64,000 nt of DNA, from contig CM120648.1 in assembly GCA_051362555.1 (NCBI GenBank), positions 20,084,587-20,148,586 on the forward strand, in the 5' to 3' direction. The DNA is from Lingula anatina (lineage: Eukaryota; Animalia; Brachiopoda). The position numbers and the translations under genes were made by a program. The notes under the pieces were generated by a model, which saw nothing but the letters and a program-made list of their open reading frames with translations, had not been told where the DNA came from and did no database searches. Every line of letters starts with the position of its first letter. Positions within the stretch are counted from its first letter, which is position 1. Positions 59,989 through 64,000 of the stretch are shown here, piece after piece.

Positions 59989-60499
59989 TTTTGAATCGTT
60001 TATTGAATGTTAGATTTTGACGAATGATTAAAATGACCAAAACTAATTTAGTAGAATTAAGTTTAGATAGTTAAAGTAGGTTTTGGTTGTTAAATAGTGC
60101 TGATAGATTGTTGAATTGACGTTTGCATTTTTTGCGTGAATGGCGTTCCATAAAAGACTCGAAATCAAAAGTAAGCAAAAAGAACGAACCTGGAACGTGT
60201 TAAGGTACAAACAATGCTGCCAGTCCTGCTGAAGATCTCATCCTTTTATCAAATGTCTCAAATCTCCAACCCAGTTGCAGACCCCACCTACAAAATTGTT
60301 TCCCAACTTCAATAAATTATTCCCAACTAAAGCTGGAACTTCAAGGTTATGATCTTCATAAGGTTATTTTTCTCATCAATGTTATTTCTGTGTGTTTCCA
60401 CCTAAATTGCACCACAATTCCTAGCATTCACGCACCTCACATTCATTTATCAGTACTTACTCCTCCTGAAGTGATTTGGGACTACATTGAATCAGGTTA

Positions 60500-61620
60500 T
60501 CCTTAGGGCGGATTGCTGGCACAATTTAGTCTCCTTCTTACAGATTTCAAATATTCAATGTTACATGTTGTCCCTAAATCTGATCTTCACAAAACTTGTG
60601 TAATTTACGATCTTTTTTTTATCCCAACCTGGTCTCGGTTGATTCTAACATTCCAAGAGAGTTCTCTGTGGCACAGTACGACTTCATTGATGCTGTTATC
60701 GCACATGTCCAACATTTTGTTCGTGGTGCTCTTTTAGGTATATCTTATATTCAAGATGTTTTCCACATTTTACCGATTATCAACTGCGTCCATCCTTTAA
60801 AGGCCCAGTGGGTCACCTGTGACCCACACGTTTGACACGTCCCCACCCACACCACACAAAATGAATCCACTTCATTTTGCCATTTCCTATTCCTTATGTA
60901 CTAGTTTATCCTTGTTGACCAATTAGAAACTAGATCATTATCCTTCACTTCACTCAAATATGTCTGCCTCCATAAGAAGGAGTTAATGCTATTGTCTAGT
61001 GGGTTTTTATGTGTCTGTATTGTCATCTCAAGATAAATAATAATTTCAGTATTCTGGCTTTTCATTCTAAATACAATAGTCTTAAACCACACAGAAATGT
61101 TTTATACAGTTGTTAGCTACGCTTCCAGGTTTAGATTTATTTTTTATGTTGTTATTGTAATAAAAAGAGGTTTGTGATATCTTGAAACTTAGTCATTTGT
61201 TTACCTCTAAAGCCCAGTGGGTCACCGGTGGAACATAACCAAAAACTAGGTCAATGTTGCCCAAAACATTTTTTTCAACATTTATTGATAAATATGCTTA
61301 TTACAACCCTATTACCTAGGCATTAAACTTTTCATGCAAGAAAAAGTTGTCTTGGGCCTTTAAGGGTTTTTCCTGGAGTGATCTGTTTTATTATGAGAAA
61401 TGTTTGCCAATAGGTGCAAGTTGTTCGTGCCAGATTTTTTAATCTATGAGTAAAGCTATGCAATGGATAATGTTGGAGAGATTTCATGATTCGGCCATGT
61501 CCCGTATACTAGATGATATCTGTTTCATTGGACCTCAAAATTCCAAGAAGTGTCAGGTTGATTTTTCTTGTGTTATGCACATGGATAAACATTTCCATTA
61601 ACGCAGTAAAAAACTTTACT
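60500..61620 (+). mobile_element. DIRS-like (tyrosine recombinase retrotransposon) reverse transcriptase relic
   Basis: GRIAG..VVPKSD..YPNLVSVDSNIPREFSVAQYDFIDAVIAHV..IQDVFHILPI..H, then after the MITE GFSWSDLFYYEKCLPIGASCSCQIF*..ILDDICFIG. Confidence 0.75.
60801..61359. mobile_element. TTAA-duplicating MITE (Kolobok-like AGG ends)
   Basis: TTAA|AGGCCCA ... TGGGCCT|TTAA, splitting the DIRS RT at the H..GFSW motif. Confidence 0.7.
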
Positions 61621-61756
61621 CTGACCACTTGTTTAACGTAAACAATCTTTACTCTGACCACTTTTCTTTATTTTATCTCATCGAAATAGATTCAATACAA
61701 ATGAAACCTTGGATAGGCTTTTAGGGTTTAATCTGAAATAAAATTTCAGGCATCGG

Positions 61757-61900
61757 TCAAACGTGTCTAATTTGGTTCAGTTTTGTTGTGGGATATGGTT
61801 GATTGGGCGAGTAATGACCCACCCACTTATTGTCCATGTGGTTCAAGTATGGTGATTTTGATGACCAAGGTAACTGCTTACTCCCTTGTTTCATTAAGTT
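61757..61900 (-). mobile_element. Tc1-like transposase C-terminal relic
   Basis: LPWSSKSPYLNHMDNKW resembles WPSxSPDLNPIENLW. Confidence 0.4.
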
Positions 61901-62461
61901 ATCTGCTATTAGAGGTTCTCTGTTCGAACCAGTAATCTCATTGTGCAACCTTACATTACTCCTAATGTGCCCCCTAGTCATGCGATTCCCAGATTATAAC
62001 TTACTTTGATGTGTTTAGGATCTTATTATTTTTTTACTATTAAAAATGATAATTTTCAGTCATATGCACTTTACCTCATTTGCCTTTGAGCAAAAACAGA
62101 GCTGTGTTCTGCTAATGATCATTTGGCTACATAAAACAGCAATTTAGATAATTGTGTTTATGTAGGGAATGTCTACATCAGTGAGATTTAAGTCATCCAG
62201 CTTTTTAGCTGCTTGATATTTACCCGCATTGTTACGTAGTGCAGTTTAAGCAGCTACACTGGAAGATTACTTGCTTCGTTATTTCATTTTTATTTGGACA
62301 CATTCCACCTTCCCCCATCACCCGCCTTAGTCCTTGTGTTTTTCTCTATTTTTTTCTTTTTTCACTAACCAGAGTCTCTATTTCTGCGCCAATAACTATT
62401 GTGGTTTCATATCTATTTTATTCTGAATTAATCTTGGTTGCACCCATTAAACTATATTATT

Positions 62462-64000
62462 ATTAGTACCACCAGCGTGTCCGCTGGCGGTACTCATGGT
62501 TTTAGTCCCGACCCGTCTCGTACAGCTCCGCCGGCTCCTGCGGCTCCTGCGGCTCCGCTGGCTCATGCGGCTCCTGCGGCTCCGCAGGATGGCGTGGGAT
62601 ACAAGTCACCGTTACCGCTTCTCCTCCTAGACCGCAAGGACTTGTGTCCCCATCTCTTGGATTTTGGTCACATATAATCTCAACTTGAACCCCCTGGTCT
62701 TTTTGTCTCAGTCGGTGCATTGGCCTGGGCGTGGCACTCGTTATAATGCACCCTTGTCTAAATTTTTGAAAATTCAATGCTAAATATCTCCCATACCGAA
62801 GGAATTAAGTGAAAAATTTCTACAGATGGCTGACCGAAAGTCATATGTGGAGATTTCAAATATGCCCTTGGATTTGACCTTTGACCTTTATTTCAAGGTC
62901 AAACGGGCCAAAATTTTCTAAAAATGGGAATTTTTTGCTAAAAAATTATTATTTTATGCCGATTTTCAGAAACTTCACAGATCTTACTTATAATATTATG
63001 GACAGGTGTTACCCTTAGGGTCTTCTTTCATCTTCGTGAGTTTGGGGTCAATCGGTGCATTTTCACGGGAGTAGCGGCCATTAGATGCCAAAACTGAAAA
63101 CACTCTCAAATTCTGGAACTGTTAATGCCAGAGACCTGTTGTTTTTTGCATTTTGTAGAGCTTGTCAAGCGCAACACTGAAGGTGGTGTCCGTTTTTTGT
63201 TTTCGATACGGCTTAGGCATTGTACTATATCGACAGTTCAACATCCAATATTTAGTGGTGAAAATAAAATGTGAAATACTACAAAATTAGCAGAGATACG
63301 CCCATAGTTACTATTGAACTTGAATAGGAAGTCATATACTTGTAATCTAACTGACCTTGAAATTGACCTTTGACCTACTTTTCATGATGAACTGCACTTT
63401 GCAAGTTTTCTGATTTTTATATCTCCAAAACTGGCAAAGATATGCCCATAGTTACTATTGAACTTGAATAGGAAGTCATATACTTGTAATCTAACTGTGA
63501 TCCTAAAATTGACCTCTGACCTAATTTTCACCATGAACTGAACTTTGCAAATTTTCTAGCCCTTATATCTCTTAAACTGGCAAAGATACGCCCAAAGCTA
63601 CTGTTGAACTTGAGTAGGAAGTCATATACTGGCAATCTTACTGTGACCTTAAAATTGACCTCTGACCTACTTTTCACCATGAACTGAACTTTGCAAATTT
63701 TCTCTCCCTTATATCTCGAAAACTGGCAGAGATACGCCATTAGTTACTATTGAACTTCAATAGGAAGTCATATACTGGCAATCTTACTGTGACCTTGAAA
63801 TTGACCTCTGACCTACTTTACACCATGAACTGAACTTTGCAAATTTTGGTTCCCTTTTCTCTCTAAAACTTGCAGAGATATGTCCATAGTTACTATTGAA
63901 CTTGAATAGGAAGTCACATACTGGCAATTTACTGTGACCTTAAAATTGACCTTTGACCTACTTTTTACCATGAACTGAACTTTGCAAAATTTTGTTCCCT
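62462..64000 (+). mobile_element. HINE family B element (different subfamily), runs off the right edge
   Basis: GTACCACCAGC head, GGCTCC repeats, ~146-bp satellite monomers from ~63290. Confidence 0.85.

Overview
AT-rich, repeat-dense animal genomic DNA with spliceosomal introns, probably a marine invertebrate (the NHL style reminds me of lophotrochozoan/brachiopod TRIM-NHL expansions; this is recollection, not checked). The main feature is a + strand multi-exon gene spanning about 10007-53159. I assembled 14 exons by hand, all with compatible splice phases, into a ~1279-aa protein: NHL beta-propeller, Roc GTPase (G1-G5 motifs present), COR, and a caspase (LSHG / QACQG / SWR intact), with no death-fold prodomain. 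This Roco-caspase fusion is the candidate novel system. The NHL exon carries a 1394-bp TIR element with a 5-bp TSD that could be spliced out in frame. The P-loop exon starts with a recursive-splice-like AG|GTGAGT. One intron is GC-AG, a 51-nt micro-exon is duplicated, and a degenerate copy of the COR exon follows the functional one. The rest is transposon-derived: a BEL/Pao LTR retrotransposon 5' end, Harbinger, pogo-like, DIRS and L2-like relics, several MITEs, and two families of Helentron-associated (HINE/DINE-1-like) elements. One HINE family forms a ~12-kb array; the other carries a 146-bp satellite with higher-order repeats.
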